Shown here: positions 10,789-21,103 of the stretch, one piece after another
How the letters are laid out: the number at the start of each line of letters is the position of its first letter
Numbering within the stretch: position 1 is the first letter of the stretch
NCBI GenBank assembly: GCA_963795855.1
Contig: CAWCIZ010000002.1
Coordinates: forward strand, 544,001-608,000
DNA length: 64,000 bases
Source of the DNA: Vulcanimicrobiota bacterium
GTDB taxonomy: Bacteria; Vulcanimicrobiota; Vulcanimicrobiia; Vulcanimicrobiales; Vulcanimicrobiaceae
Reading direction: 5' to 3'
Position numbers and translations under genes: made by a program
The notes under the pieces: model-generated
What the model saw: the letters and a program-made list of their open reading frames with translations, nothing else
Database searches by the model: none
What the model was told of the DNA's origin: nothing

Positions 10789-11922
10789 GTGATTGCGGCG
10801 GCGCTGCTCCTTGCCGCATGGATCGGCACATGGGCAACTGCGCCCGTGCGTGCCGACGAGGCGATGTCGTTTCAGAACGAGACGCTGCGGCAGGTCGTCC
10901 ACGTCAGCATCGGCGGTTCGGAAGTTCGCGTGCGTTTCACGAACCGCTTCGGCGATGCGCCGGTGGTCATCGGCAGCGCAGCGATCGCTCTACAACGCGC
11001 TGGAGCAGTGCCCGAAACCGGAACGGAGCGTCGCTTGACGTTCATGGGCGCCGAATCGATAACGATTCCACCCCATGCGGACGTCTTTTCCGATGCGGTC
11101 TCGCTGCGCGTGAACGCGCTCAGCAATCTGCTCATCGACGCGTATCTTCCAGGACCCACAGGGCCTGCAACCGCACATTCGCTGGCGTATCAAACGAATT
11201 ATTACGCTGCGGGGAATCGCGCGGGTGCATCCGCAGTGGCGTTCGGCTCGACGTTCGAGTCGTGGTACTTTTTAGCGAGCGTCGACGTTTCCGGAACGCC
11301 GGCACGCGGCGCCGTCGTCGCGTTGGGCGATTCCATCACCGACGGAGCGGGCGGAAAAAAGAACGCCAACGATCGCTGGCCCGACTTCTTGGCAGCGCGC
11401 TTGAATTCGCTGCCGGCCGTCGAGCATCTGGGCGTGCTGAATGAAGGGATCTCCGGAAATCGCATTCTGCTGAGCCACGCCTTCTTCGGCCCCGATGCGC
11501 TCGCGCGCTTTGACGCGGACGTGCTCTCGCAAAGCGGCGCTGCCGACGTCATGCTGCTGCTCGGCATAAACGACATCCAGCAGGATCCGCATCAGTACGA
11601 TGCCGCACGCATCGAACAAGGGCTGCTTCAGTTGGTCGTCGCGGCGCGAACGCACGGGTTGCGCGTCGTCGGCTGCACGATTACGCCCTACGCGGGCTGG
11701 TTCAGTGACGACGGCAAAGGTGAAGCGACGCGCCTTGCGGTGAACGCTTTCATTCGGCGCAGCGGTCTTTTCGACGCGGTAGTCGATTTCGATGCGGTGG
11801 TGCGCGATCCGCGCGATCCGCACCGCCTTGCCGCGCCCTACGACAGCGGCGATCATCTCCACCCGAACGCCGCCGGGCATCGCGCCATGGCGGCCGCCGT
11901 GGACTTACGCGCGCTACGGTGA
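10789..11922 (+). CDS. Secreted SGNH/GDSL hydrolase
   Basis: WIGTWAT, GDSITDG, NEGISGNR, GIND, DHLHPN. Confidence 0.9.
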   Translation: MIAAALLLAAWIGTWATAPVRADEAMSFQNETLRQVVHVSIGGSEVRVRFTNRFGDAPVVIGSAAIALQRAGAVPETGTERRLTFMGAESITIPPHADVFSDAVSLRVNALSNLLIDAYLPGPTGPATAHSLAYQTNYYAAGNRAGASAVAFGSTFESWYFLASVDVSGTPARGAVVALGDSITDGAGGKKNANDRWPDFLAARLNSLPAVEHLGVLNEGISGNRILLSHAFFGPDALARFDADVLSQSGAADVMLLLGINDIQQDPHQYDAARIEQGLLQLVVAARTHGLRVVGCTITPYAGWFSDDGKGEATRLAVNAFIRRSGLFDAVVDFDAVVRDPRDPHRLAAPYDSGDHLHPNAAGHRAMAAAVDLRALR

Positions 11923-12466
11923 GGGCGGCGGCGTTCCCTCGACTGCGATGAACGTCACCGTATCCCACGCGTTCCGGATTCCGACGAAGATCAGCAGCGC
12001 GGTGCCGGCCGCGAGTATGAATAGCGCCGGCCTTGGCCGCGATTGCAAGAGTATTGCAGCCGCGAGAATCGCCAGGTATGCCGCGAGCGGCACGACGGTG
12101 TACCAAAACCAGTCGTCGAACCGGGGAAGATAGGTCGAGCGCATGCGCATCATGCGCAGGCCGACGCGCGCGACGTACACCGCACCATAGCATCCCGCGA
12201 TCGCAATCAGTATGGACGGCCCTAGGAGCCGCATCCACGGCGCCGCGAGAATCACGGACACGAGCAGCGCGGCGCAAAAATGCACGACCGTCGGCGAGCT
12301 CGAAGGTTTCAACTCCGTCCCGCAAACTGGTTTGCGCGCGCTCCTGTCCGGCGACCAGGGTAATGACGACGAAAACCAATCCCGTCAGCGCCGCCGCCGC
12401 GGAGCCGGTGATCGTGTAGAACGTGGCCCACGCGGCGAACAGAGCGGATGCGTTCGCGTGCATCAC
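11914..12466 (-). CDS. Multi-pass membrane protein, frameshifted near 12300
   Basis: TGSAAAALTGLVFVVIT (frame 1) joins SSPTVVHFCAALLVS...IRNAWDTVT (frame 2). Confidence 0.7.
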
Positions 12467-12468
12467 GA

Positions 12469-12903
12469 TCAGTGATGCATCATCTGCATTTCGGGTCCGT
12501 GACCGCCGGTAAGCATGAGCAGAATGCCTCCGGGCGTTAGGTGTTCTCCGCCCATTGCCGGGTGATCTTTGGGCATCATCGACTGCACCTTTGCGCGCAT
12601 CGCGCTTGCAGCACTCAAGATGTGAGTTTTTTCGGCGGGCGAGAGCGCTGCGTCGAGGCGCGCTGCTGCCGCATCGTAATCCGGGTTGGTCGAGGTCGCG
12701 AGCCGTCCGGCAACTTGCGCCAACAGCGCTTTGTGCGCGGGCGTGAGATCGTTCAAGAGCTGCGCGCGCAACTGCTGATGCATTTGTCGCATCTGCTGCA
12801 TCTGCGCGCTGCTCATGTGGGACGTCATGGGTCCCGGATGCTGCGCGGCTGCGGGAGCCGCGGTCAATGCCGCCAAGGCGGCGGCTAGGAGCAAGCGTTT
12901 CAT
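12469..12903 (-). CDS. Secreted Met/His-rich helical protein (Spy/CpxP-like)
   Basis: Signal peptide MKRLLLAAALAALTAAPAAAQ; LTPAHK and LSPAEK repeats; Met/His-rich termini. Confidence 0.6.
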   Translation of the reverse strand: MKRLLLAAALAALTAAPAAAQHPGPMTSHMSSAQMQQMRQMHQQLRAQLLNDLTPAHKALLAQVAGRLATSTNPDYDAAAARLDAALSPAEKTHILSAASAMRAKVQSMMPKDHPAMGGEHLTPGGILLMLTGGHGPEMQMMHH

Positions 12904-12998
12904 AGCGAAGACTCGGTAAGCTTGCCTAGGTTCTCCTGCAAGAAGCGACATATGCGTCCGTTCGAGGGCGAGGAAGCGCGACTCTTGAACCCAGCGGT

Positions 12999-15400
12999 AT
13001 GAGTTTGCGGGTGTTCCGTCGAGCGTTCCTCGCCATCGTTATCGCGCTGCTTCCCGTTGCCGCGCTCGCGCAAAGCCAGGAAAATGCGACCATCGTCATT
13101 CGCGTAACGGATGCGACGACGGGCAAGCCCATCGACAACGCGCAAGTCTACTTGCTGGGCGGCGACACGCCGGAGAATTCGCTGACGAACGCGCACGGCG
13201 TCCTGATTTTCGACGTTCCGCCGGCGCTCTATCACGTCCAAGTCAAAGCGCCCGGATACGCCGACAGCAATTCCGCCGAAGTGGATGCGGGCGAAGGACA
13301 GCACTTGGCGGTCGTCGTCAAGATGAGCCTGCGCATCATCGCAGACGTCGTGACGCACCCAAGCATCAGCGTTTCATCGGTGAACGTGGGCGAAGACGGC
13401 GCGCAGCGCAAGGTGTCGCAGTCACTTTCCGACGCATTGAACAAAATCGCCGGCGTGACCGTGGACGACCAACTCTACGGGGACAACTCGGCGTTCAACA
13501 TTTCGCTGCACGGCGCGGACGCATCGCAGACCGCGTACTCGATCGACGGCGTGCACATCGGCGGTGCGGGCGCGCAAGCCGTGAGCGGCCTGCAGGATCT
13601 GTTCAGCGGCAGTTCCATCAATTTTTCTCCGAGCGCCATCAGTACCGCGGGCAGCGTCAACTTCTACACCGCGCAGCCGACGAAGACTGTGGAGTTATCG
13701 CTTCACCGGGACCGTCGGAAACTACGGCAATACGCTCGGTACGTGGCTAGCAACCGGCGGCGGCGGTCGGTTCGCGTTCGCATTCGAGCACACGGGCGGC
13801 GGGCAAGATTATCCGCTCGACGGGCACTTTTTTGCCGATGAATCCGGTTCCGCGTACGTGCATCAGGGCGGTTTCGCTCGAAATGCAAACATGATGAAGG
13901 TCGCGGCCACGCTTTCGCCGGTCTCAACGCTCAAGTACACGCTGATTGGCGGGACGAACGACAACGCGTACATCTGCGCGAGTCAAACGACGCTGCTTCC
14001 GTGCGGACTCGGCCCCGATAGCGGTTCGCATAGTTCCGATATCGTTCAGACGCTCGGGTTCTCGTCTTTAGCCGGAGACACGCAATACAACCTGTTCGCG
14101 AACTACGGAAAGTTTCAGAATGTGCAGCGCCAGCCGTATCGCGCCGTAAACGGATCGCTCAGTCCGTACGAAGCATCGGATTCCTTTCCATGGTTTAATT
14201 CCGGCGCGTACTTGAGTTCGAGCGCGCGCCGGCATACGCTCTCCGGCGGATACTACGGTTCGCTGGATACGAGCACGTATACGTCGACGTACAACGCGGC
14301 ACAAACGCTTACCAGTTCGCGCTCCGAACGGTTCGGAAGCGCCTGGGTGAGCGACAAAGTCAAATCGAACGACAAACTCGCGCTCACCCACACGATCTCG
14401 CAAGCGGGCGGGACGGGAGTGGGAAGTTCGTTCGAACTCGACGAGGACGTGACGTGGCAGCCGCGCACGGCCGACGTCTTCAGCGCCGATCTGGGTATCG
14501 GCAGCAGCGAGCCGGCGAGCGCATTTACCGGCACGCTGGGCGACCCGCTCAGCGCGGATTTCGATTGCTACAACCAGTCGGCGTTCCTGCAAGGCCCGAG
14601 CGATCAGCCCGCGCACGAATCCTCGACGCAATACAGTTTGGGATGGCGTCACACGTGGAAGGACGGCTTCGTCGACGTGAACGCTTATCGCAACGGGTTC
14701 CTCGGTCAAACCGCGCGCGTGGCCGTTCCCTTCGCAGCCGAACCGGCTTCGCTATTTCCGAACGGACCGAATGCGTATCTGCAGCAACTGCAAGCGATCT
14801 GGTCTCAACCGACCGAATGCGGCAGCATGCCCTTCGATCCGTCGCGCGTGTACGTCGATCAGCTTGCGACGAACATCGGACAGGTACAGCAAGGATTTAC
14901 GGTGAGCGCGCAGATTCCGCATGGGCCGGTACGTTTTGCTGTATCCGAATTACGCTACGACCAACTCGTATTTTTCAACGCTCGATCCGCGGCTCTCGGC
15001 GACCGGAAGCCTGTACGCCGCGGGCGCGCAGTTGCCGCATCATCCGCTTCACACGGCCGGGCTAATCGTGGACGGAGTCATTCCACATTCCTCGCTCGAA
15101 TGGTTGGCCGACGCGCAGTTCACGTCTGCAAATAATCCGCAGAATCTTCCCGGTTACACGACCTACAGCGCCGGCCTGGTCGTTCACGCGCTGCGCGGCT
15201 CCCTCGAAATACTCGAGAGCAACATCTTCGGGAATCACACCGGTCTGTTCACGACGTATCAGGGCGTCAATCCGCTCGCGGTGCAAGGCGGCGGCACGTT
15301 TGCGTATGCGACGACGCCCCTAGCCCCGCGCACGTTCACCGTGGAATACGACGTACGCTGGCATCAGCACGAGAAAGCGAAGTCGCCCGTCAAGCACTGA
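12999..15400 (+). CDS. TonB-dependent receptor-like outer-membrane protein, two frameshifts (~13686, ~14920)
   Basis: Signal peptide, carboxypeptidase-regulatory-like domain, plug (LSDALNKIAGV...ISLHG...YSIDGV), beta-strand-rich C-terminus ending PRTFTVEYDVRW. Confidence 0.75.
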
Positions 15401-15458
15401 CCGCTGTACGCGCGAAACAGAAAAACCGGGAACTCGGTAGTACGAGTATGAGGCGGCG

Positions 15459-16067
15459 GTGGCGGGAGACTACGCGCGTGCGGTGTCCTATCTCGACCGG
15501 TCACGTATGCCGGCTTACGTTTCGTTTGTCGAGCGCACGTCGGCTCGCGGCATCGGCGGCGCGCAGAGCGACGACCAACGAATCTACGTGCGCATGTCGG
15601 ACGGCAAAATCGTCAGCGGCGTGCCTCCGGTCGGCTCTCATGCCGTCCGCAGCCCGAATGGCGACAGCGACAACCCTTTCCGCGGGGGTGGATTTTTCAA
15701 TCCGCAGTGCTACGTTCCCACGAATGAGTCACAAACGCGCTGGAACGGTCAGCCCGCAGTGCGCTTCCAGCTGCAAGCCATATGCAGCAACGAGAACGGA
15801 ATTACGGAATTGTACGCCGATCCCGAAACGCTCCGGCCCGTTGCGGCGGACGGCGTCATTCCTGATCCAGACGATCACGTGTCTGCCGCAGTCGAGCTGC
15901 GTTACGCAACCATTGGGCAGTACACCCTTCCCTCCAGCATTCGCGCACATGCCGTCGGCCATGGGTGGCTGTTTTGGGTGCGCGAGCGCGTGGAAGTGGA
16001 CTATTCGGCGTATCGGTTCTACACCACTGAAGAATTCACGCGACGGCAAGCGGCAAAACCGGATTAG
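15459..16067 (+). CDS. Hypothetical protein (possible LolA-like fold)
   Basis: 202-aa ORF with good coding pattern; ELYADPETLRP and VDYSAYRF motifs. Start uncertain. Confidence 0.6.
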   Translation: MAGDYARAVSYLDRSRMPAYVSFVERTSARGIGGAQSDDQRIYVRMSDGKIVSGVPPVGSHAVRSPNGDSDNPFRGGGFFNPQCYVPTNESQTRWNGQPAVRFQLQAICSNENGITELYADPETLRPVAADGVIPDPDDHVSAAVELRYATIGQYTLPSSIRAHAVGHGWLFWVRERVEVDYSAYRFYTTEEFTRRQAAKPD

Positions 16068-16082
16068 CAGCCGTACTTTAAG

Positions 16083-16550
16083 TCATAAGTCGCGCGCCAT
16101 GCGGCTTTCGCCAAGTGCTGCGGCGGCCGGATAAGCGACGAACCGGAATCCGTGCCGCCGGTAGAGCGCGATCGCGGTTTCGTTCGTGGTAACGACGTCG
16201 AGAGCGACACGGCGCAGTTTCCGCTCGACCGCCCAATCGATTACCGCGCGGACTAGTGCATCGCCGACGCCGCGGCCGCGGGCGAACGGCGCAACCCACA
16301 ATGAGATGAGTTCCGTCGCGAGATTGGCGTCCGGTGCGGTGGCGCTCACGATGCCGGCTGCGTTGCCATCGAGGTGCGCAATCAAGTTTAACGGGACACT
16401 CGCGAGGCGCGCACGCCAGCGCTGTTCCGTGTCCCCGGCGCCCTGCCACTCGGCGAGCGTCGACCCGAACGCGTAGGGCGCTTCCGCCAGCGCCGACAAG
16501 CGTACGTCGCGCCAGCTTTGCCAATCGTCGGGACGAAGAACGGTTACGAT
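16083..16550 (-). CDS. GNAT acetyltransferase
   Basis: LRPDDWQSWRDVRLSALAEAPYAF...LWVAPFARGRGVG...NETAIALYRRHGF. Expected start position reads ATC. Confidence 0.85.
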   Translation of the reverse strand: MVTVLRPDDWQSWRDVRLSALAEAPYAFGSTLAEWQGAGDTEQRWRARLASVPLNLIAHLDGNAAGIVSATAPDANLATELISLWVAPFARGRGVGDALVRAVIDWAVERKLRRVALDVVTTNETAIALYRRHGFRFVAYPAAAALGESRMARDL

Positions 16551-16789
16551 TAGGCGTCCCGGAATTCGAGACGGTCCAGGCGCGCGTTCACGTTCGTGAA
16601 ACCTTCATCGACGCGCGACTCCAAATTGGTCACGCGTCTTTCTACACGATCCAACCGCGACTCGACTCCCACGAAACGCGAGTCGATTGCATCGAAGCGC
16701 TTGTCGATTGCGTCGAAACGCGAACTTACCGCATCGCGAAAATCAATGAGGGCGTCGAGGATTTGTCCGGTCGTCGGCTGCTCGTACAT
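16550..16789 (-). CDS. Small heptad-repeat coiled-coil protein
   Basis: RFDAIDK-RFDAIDS-RFVGVES-RLDRVER-RVTNLES heptads. Confidence 0.75.
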   Translation of the reverse strand: MYEQPTTGQILDALIDFRDAVSSRFDAIDKRFDAIDSRFVGVESRLDRVERRVTNLESRVDEGFTNVNARLDRLEFRDA

Positions 16790-16835
16790 AGAAGGTCGCC
16801 TAGGCTACGCTTTTTGCCGCCATGTTTCCTCGCGA

Positions 16836-16844
16836 TGCTATAAT
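16836..16844 (+). promoter_or_regulatory. Extended -10 promoter TGcTATAAT, leaderless
   Basis: TATAAT 16839-16844 lies 6 nt before GTG 16851. Confidence 0.7.
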
Positions 16845-16850
16845 ACGGGT

Positions 16851-17765
16851 GTGCTCGCCGCAGCCGCCGCGCCGCCCGATCCGTATGCCATCTACGACCG
16901 CGCACGCACGTATTGGGACGATGCGGTATACCCGCGCTCCCTCGCGTACGAAATCGTCGTTACCGTGAAACGCAACGCGGTCGTCTCATCGGCGCACTAC
17001 CATGCGTACTACGACACGCTCGCGGACAAAGTCACGTTGAACGCGGTCAGCGACGAGGAATCGGAGCATCCGTACACGCCGAGAGGGATTAAGACCGCTA
17101 TCAACCTTTCGCTCTACGGAGTGCCGCTCAAATCCATTCCGCTCAGCGCGCCGGAACGCACGTTTGACTATCTCGGCGTGCCCGTGCTCTCGCCCACGTT
17201 CTCATTTGGAATGGCCCACGCGCTGCCGCATACGCAAGGCACCAATCCTGCCGATTTGATACGGCAAATCCGAGCGCAATTTCACGATCAGGAGGCTGCG
17301 CGTTCTCCCGTGCCGCATGGGGCGTTGAAAACGATCGCGTCGGTCGCCGTGGCGCGGCGAAGTTACACGATCGTGCTGGCCGGCATGACGCCGGTAGCGG
17401 GACATGTCGACTATCATTTGAGGCTGACGCCCGTTAGGGATCCGTCGCGCTATCGCATTCGCGAACTCTTCATCAATACGCAGACGTTCGCAACGGATCG
17501 CATGTGCACACAGGGCAATTTCACGGCCGGACAGCTTGCGGCAATTCCATGGGTTCTGACGTTCCGGCAAGTCGGCGGCGCGCCGCTCATCGAATCGGAG
17601 CAGTCGGCGTCGGGCTTCGTCTTCGACAGACGGCGTTACGACGGCGCGAGCGTAAGTTTTACGATGATTAACGCGCAAGGACTCCCGCCGTATGCGAGCC
17701 TATCGACCTTTGCCACCAATGCGCAGACCGCCCCCGAGATCCTCGCCGAGCCCGCAACGGAATAG
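16851..17765 (+). CDS. Hypothetical protein, paralog of 36152..36829
   Basis: DPYAIYDRARTYW; LKTIASV...YHLRLTPVRDPSRYRIRELFIN. Confidence 0.7.
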   Translation: MLAAAAAPPDPYAIYDRARTYWDDAVYPRSLAYEIVVTVKRNAVVSSAHYHAYYDTLADKVTLNAVSDEESEHPYTPRGIKTAINLSLYGVPLKSIPLSAPERTFDYLGVPVLSPTFSFGMAHALPHTQGTNPADLIRQIRAQFHDQEAARSPVPHGALKTIASVAVARRSYTIVLAGMTPVAGHVDYHLRLTPVRDPSRYRIRELFINTQTFATDRMCTQGNFTAGQLAAIPWVLTFRQVGGAPLIESEQSASGFVFDRRRYDGASVSFTMINAQGLPPYASLSTFATNAQTAPEILAEPATE

Positions 17766-17812
17766 ACCTATCGGCACGCGACCCAGCCGGAAAAAGGCTG
17801 TATACTCCGGGC

Positions 17813-19700
17813 ATGAATTCGCGCGTCCGCGTTTTGGTCGCGGGATTGACGTGCGTCTTTTTGCTGGCCGTACCGCCCCGTCCAGCTCCGGCGCTCCCGC
17901 ATGCCGTGAGTACCGCGCCGTGCGGCGCGCCTCTCCCAGGGGGACAGGCTTGCGAATCCTCCGCAAGTCGAAGTCGGTACGCTTCCGCTGGACGATCGCG
18001 GCCGGCACGAACTGATTCTGCGCGTGGCGCGGGACCACGATCGCTTCTGCTTCCGCTATATGCTGAACGGTGTCGCGCAGGATAGCGCGCCCATTTTACG
18101 CGCGCATCGGGGCGAGCGCTTCGCGCTCCGCATCGTCAACGAGTTGCGCGGGCCCGCAAGCGGCGCCACGCTGCCCGCGAGCGCTCTCGCTCCGTGCAGC
18201 CCGCGCTCTATGCCGGCGATGATGCCCAAGCAGTACGCCGGCTATCTGAACCACACCATTCGCTCGCGCGCGATGCCCATGCCGGATACGGACGTAAATC
18301 TGCACCTCCACGGTTTCGAGGGGCCGGCGGCGCAAGAGAACGTATTTCTGTCGACGCTCAGCACGCCGATGCACGCGTGCGAGTACGACATTACGATCCC
18401 GGCTACGCAGCCGCCCGGAACGTATTTTTATCATCCCCACGCGCACGGCATGGCGGGAGACGAAGTAGGCGGCGGACTTGCCGGAATGTGGATTGTCGAT
18501 CCCGACTCGCCGCAAATTTCCTCTGAGGACGAGCATCCGATAATCTTGCAATATCGCGTGCCGTATGTGAACGACAACAATTTTCTTCCCGCCACCGGCG
18601 CGCTCGGTAGTGCAGCCCTAGCGCACGAAGCGACGTTGCGTCCAGCCGCACGCGTCTCGTACAATCCATTCGATCCGCCGCCCTGGCCATCGTCATTTCC
18701 GGTGCGTTCCGGCACCGAATCACTCGTGGGCTTTTGCGGAAACCGGAGCGGCACGCTGCTTGCCGTAAACGGCGTCGACGCGCCGGCGCGGCTGACTGTA
18801 CCAGCGGGTCGACCGCAACTCCTCCGACTGCTCAACGCCACATCGGACAGCGTCGAATTTCTCCACGTCAAGGATGCCGCGGGACGCATGCAGACGCTGC
18901 ACGTCGTCGGCCGCGACGGGGTGCCGGTCGGTGGCGACGACGCGCATCCGCTTTCCCGCTATATCGCGATGCGCGAAATGGAACTGGTTCCGACGGGTCG
19001 CGTGGACGTATTGCTGACCCTCAAAGCGGGGGATGTCCTCACGCTCTACGGCGATCATCACTGCATCGCGCCGCTCGACGAATTCCACGTCAGTCACGAC
19101 GTCCTCAAAATCATCGCCGGTCCCGCCGTCGCGAACCCGGCGACGATCGCATCCGCGCCGTTGCAACCGGCTGAATCACCCGCGCTTGCGCTGCTGCAGT
19201 TCGCGCGTGAGAATCCGAGCGCGGTTCGCCGGCGAGCCATCACCTATACCGAATACGCGATTCCGAACGCGAGCGGCCACGGCGGTCATGCGGAATATTA
19301 CATCACCGAAACGAGCGTTCGAAATTTCCACGAGCATCCGTACTGGCCGCAATACCGCAAAGGCGCCGTGGTTCCGCAGCCCGACATCGTGGTGAAGCAA
19401 GGAACGATTGAGGAATGGTATCTTTTCAACGCGACGCTGGAGGAGCACTCGTTCCACATCCATCAGATGGCGTTCGTCGCGGAAGACGCCGCGCCCGGGC
19501 CGGCGACGGTCGATACCGTACTCGTTCCAGTGGGCCGCTTACTGCCGAATAAGGCCAATCCCGATTATCCGTTGATAAAGCCGTCCGTCACACACGTGCT
19601 GCTGGATTTTCGCCACGTCCCTCGCGGAACGTTCCTCTTCCACTGTCACATGCTGTTCCACGAAGATCGCGGAATGATGGCCGTGATTCGCGTCGAGTAA
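17813..19700 (+). CDS. Multicopper oxidase, frameshifted near 17948
   Basis: Signal peptide; NLHLHG, YFYHPHAHG, HSFHIHQ, HCHMLFHEDRGMM copper motifs; TATACT 6 nt before ATG. Confidence 0.9.
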
Positions 19701-19704
19701 CCGC

Positions 19705-20949
19705 TTAGGCTACCGCGCCGCGATCCGCGCTCTCGGACGATGCAAGTTGCAGCGCGAAGCCTTCCTGAATGAGTTTGCGCACGACTTTGAGCGCATGCTC
19801 GTCCTTTGCGATAAGCGACGCCAGCTCCACGGAAGGCTTGGCTTCGAGTTCCCGAACGATGGACGCGGCATTCTTGCCGAACGTGAGGTTTTTTCCGGAA
19901 AACGCAATCTTGGTGCTTTGTTCGCCTTCGGTCATCTCGTAGAGCATGTTGGCACGCATCGCCACGACTGAATGTTCGTTCAGTTGCGGTAAATCGGCGA
20001 TTTGACGCATCTGCCCGTCTAAGCCGTTCGGACGCTCTTTGAAGAACGAGGACACGGCAGCGTCGAACGCGCCGTGGAGTCGTTCGGACGAGAACACGCT
20101 TTGCAAAACGGCGGCAAACTCCGGGTCCGCCAAGTCGTTGAAGTCGACGGTTCCGCGAAGACGCGGCTCCGCTTCCGCCGCCTTGGCGACTGCGTCGGCG
20201 AGAACGTGATACCACTTGTGCGGATAAAGGCCCAGAGTCACGTGCAGCGAGAGTTCTTCGTTCGCCTTGCCTTCGTGCAAGAATCCGCGCGGAATGTAAA
20301 GCAGGTCGCCCGGCTGCATCTCGATTTCGAGCTGCACGTCGCCGACCGCGTGGAGTTTTTTGTCGAAGAACCGGTCCTCGAGCGGCAGCTGCGAGGGCGC
20401 ATCGTAGACGCGCCAATGCTTGGAACCTTCAATCTGAATGATGATCGTGTCGTGCGTGTCATAGTGCATCGCGAAGCCCTGGTTGCCCGGGGGCGTCATG
20501 TAGACGTTGGCATTTACGCGATGCCGGAAGAACGACTCCATTTCGCGGCAGAGCGTCGCGATGGGCGGGGACATCTTTCCGACGGCATCGAGCACTAACG
20601 AGCAGCCGCCGCTGAACAGCGAACTGACGCGGTCGGGATCGATCAGATCGTATGACGGGGCTTTGCGGTTCTTGGGATCGGATTTGTTCACTTGCGCGTA
20701 CGTATCGATGCGCGCGGAAACACCGTCTTTGACGAGGCCGAGATCCTTGGCACGCACGATGCTGCCGTACAGGATTCGCTCGTACTCCTGCAGCGTGAAA
20801 TAGCGATCGTACCGGTTCGGCTCGTTCCGCGAAATGTGCAGCGGCGCGCGTTCGTAATAGCGCTGCCGGAAATCGTCCAGCGAATGCGGCGCGAGCAGCC
20901 ACGTCAGAACGGCGCGGTCGCGTGCGTTAGAACTCCACATAGTGCTCAT
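19705..20949 (-). CDS. JmjC/cupin_4 Fe(II)/2-oxoglutarate oxygenase (ROXA/NO66-like)
   Basis: NVYMTPPGNQGFAMHYDTHD (HxD), QIEGSKHW, PGDLLYIPRGFLH, SLHVTLG; C-terminal winged-helix-like end (VRKLIQEG). Confidence 0.9.
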   Translation of the reverse strand: MSTMWSSNARDRAVLTWLLAPHSLDDFRQRYYERAPLHISRNEPNRYDRYFTLQEYERILYGSIVRAKDLGLVKDGVSARIDTYAQVNKSDPKNRKAPSYDLIDPDRVSSLFSGGCSLVLDAVGKMSPPIATLCREMESFFRHRVNANVYMTPPGNQGFAMHYDTHDTIIIQIEGSKHWRVYDAPSQLPLEDRFFDKKLHAVGDVQLEIEMQPGDLLYIPRGFLHEGKANEELSLHVTLGLYPHKWYHVLADAVAKAAEAEPRLRGTVDFNDLADPEFAAVLQSVFSSERLHGAFDAAVSSFFKERPNGLDGQMRQIADLPQLNEHSVVAMRANMLYEMTEGEQSTKIAFSGKNLTFGKNAASIVRELEAKPSVELASLIAKDEHALKVVRKLIQEGFALQLASSESADRGAVA

Positions 20950-21040
20950 GGTAATGCAGACGAGCCTTCGGGCAAAGCCGCTCGGGCATCATGCGATGCG
21001 GGTAGAACGTCTCACGGAATCGATGGGACGTGTTGCTCAG

Positions 21041-21089
21041 AAAAATTGGGAGGGGCGCCTCGACGGCGCCCCGACTCGGTTCCCCTCCC
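21041..21089 (-). terminator. Rho-independent terminator-like hairpin after the peptide gene
   Basis: GGGGCGCC-N5-GGCGCCCC (21052-21072), alternative outer stem GGGAGGGG/CCCCTCCC, followed on the minus strand by AATTTTT. Confidence 0.7.
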
Positions 21090-21103
21090 GCAGAGATTCG
21101 CGA

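Noticed and set aside
16610..16730. 21-bp periodic repeats as a CRISPR or VNTR array
   Set aside because: Explained by protein heptads; no spacers and no cas genes.
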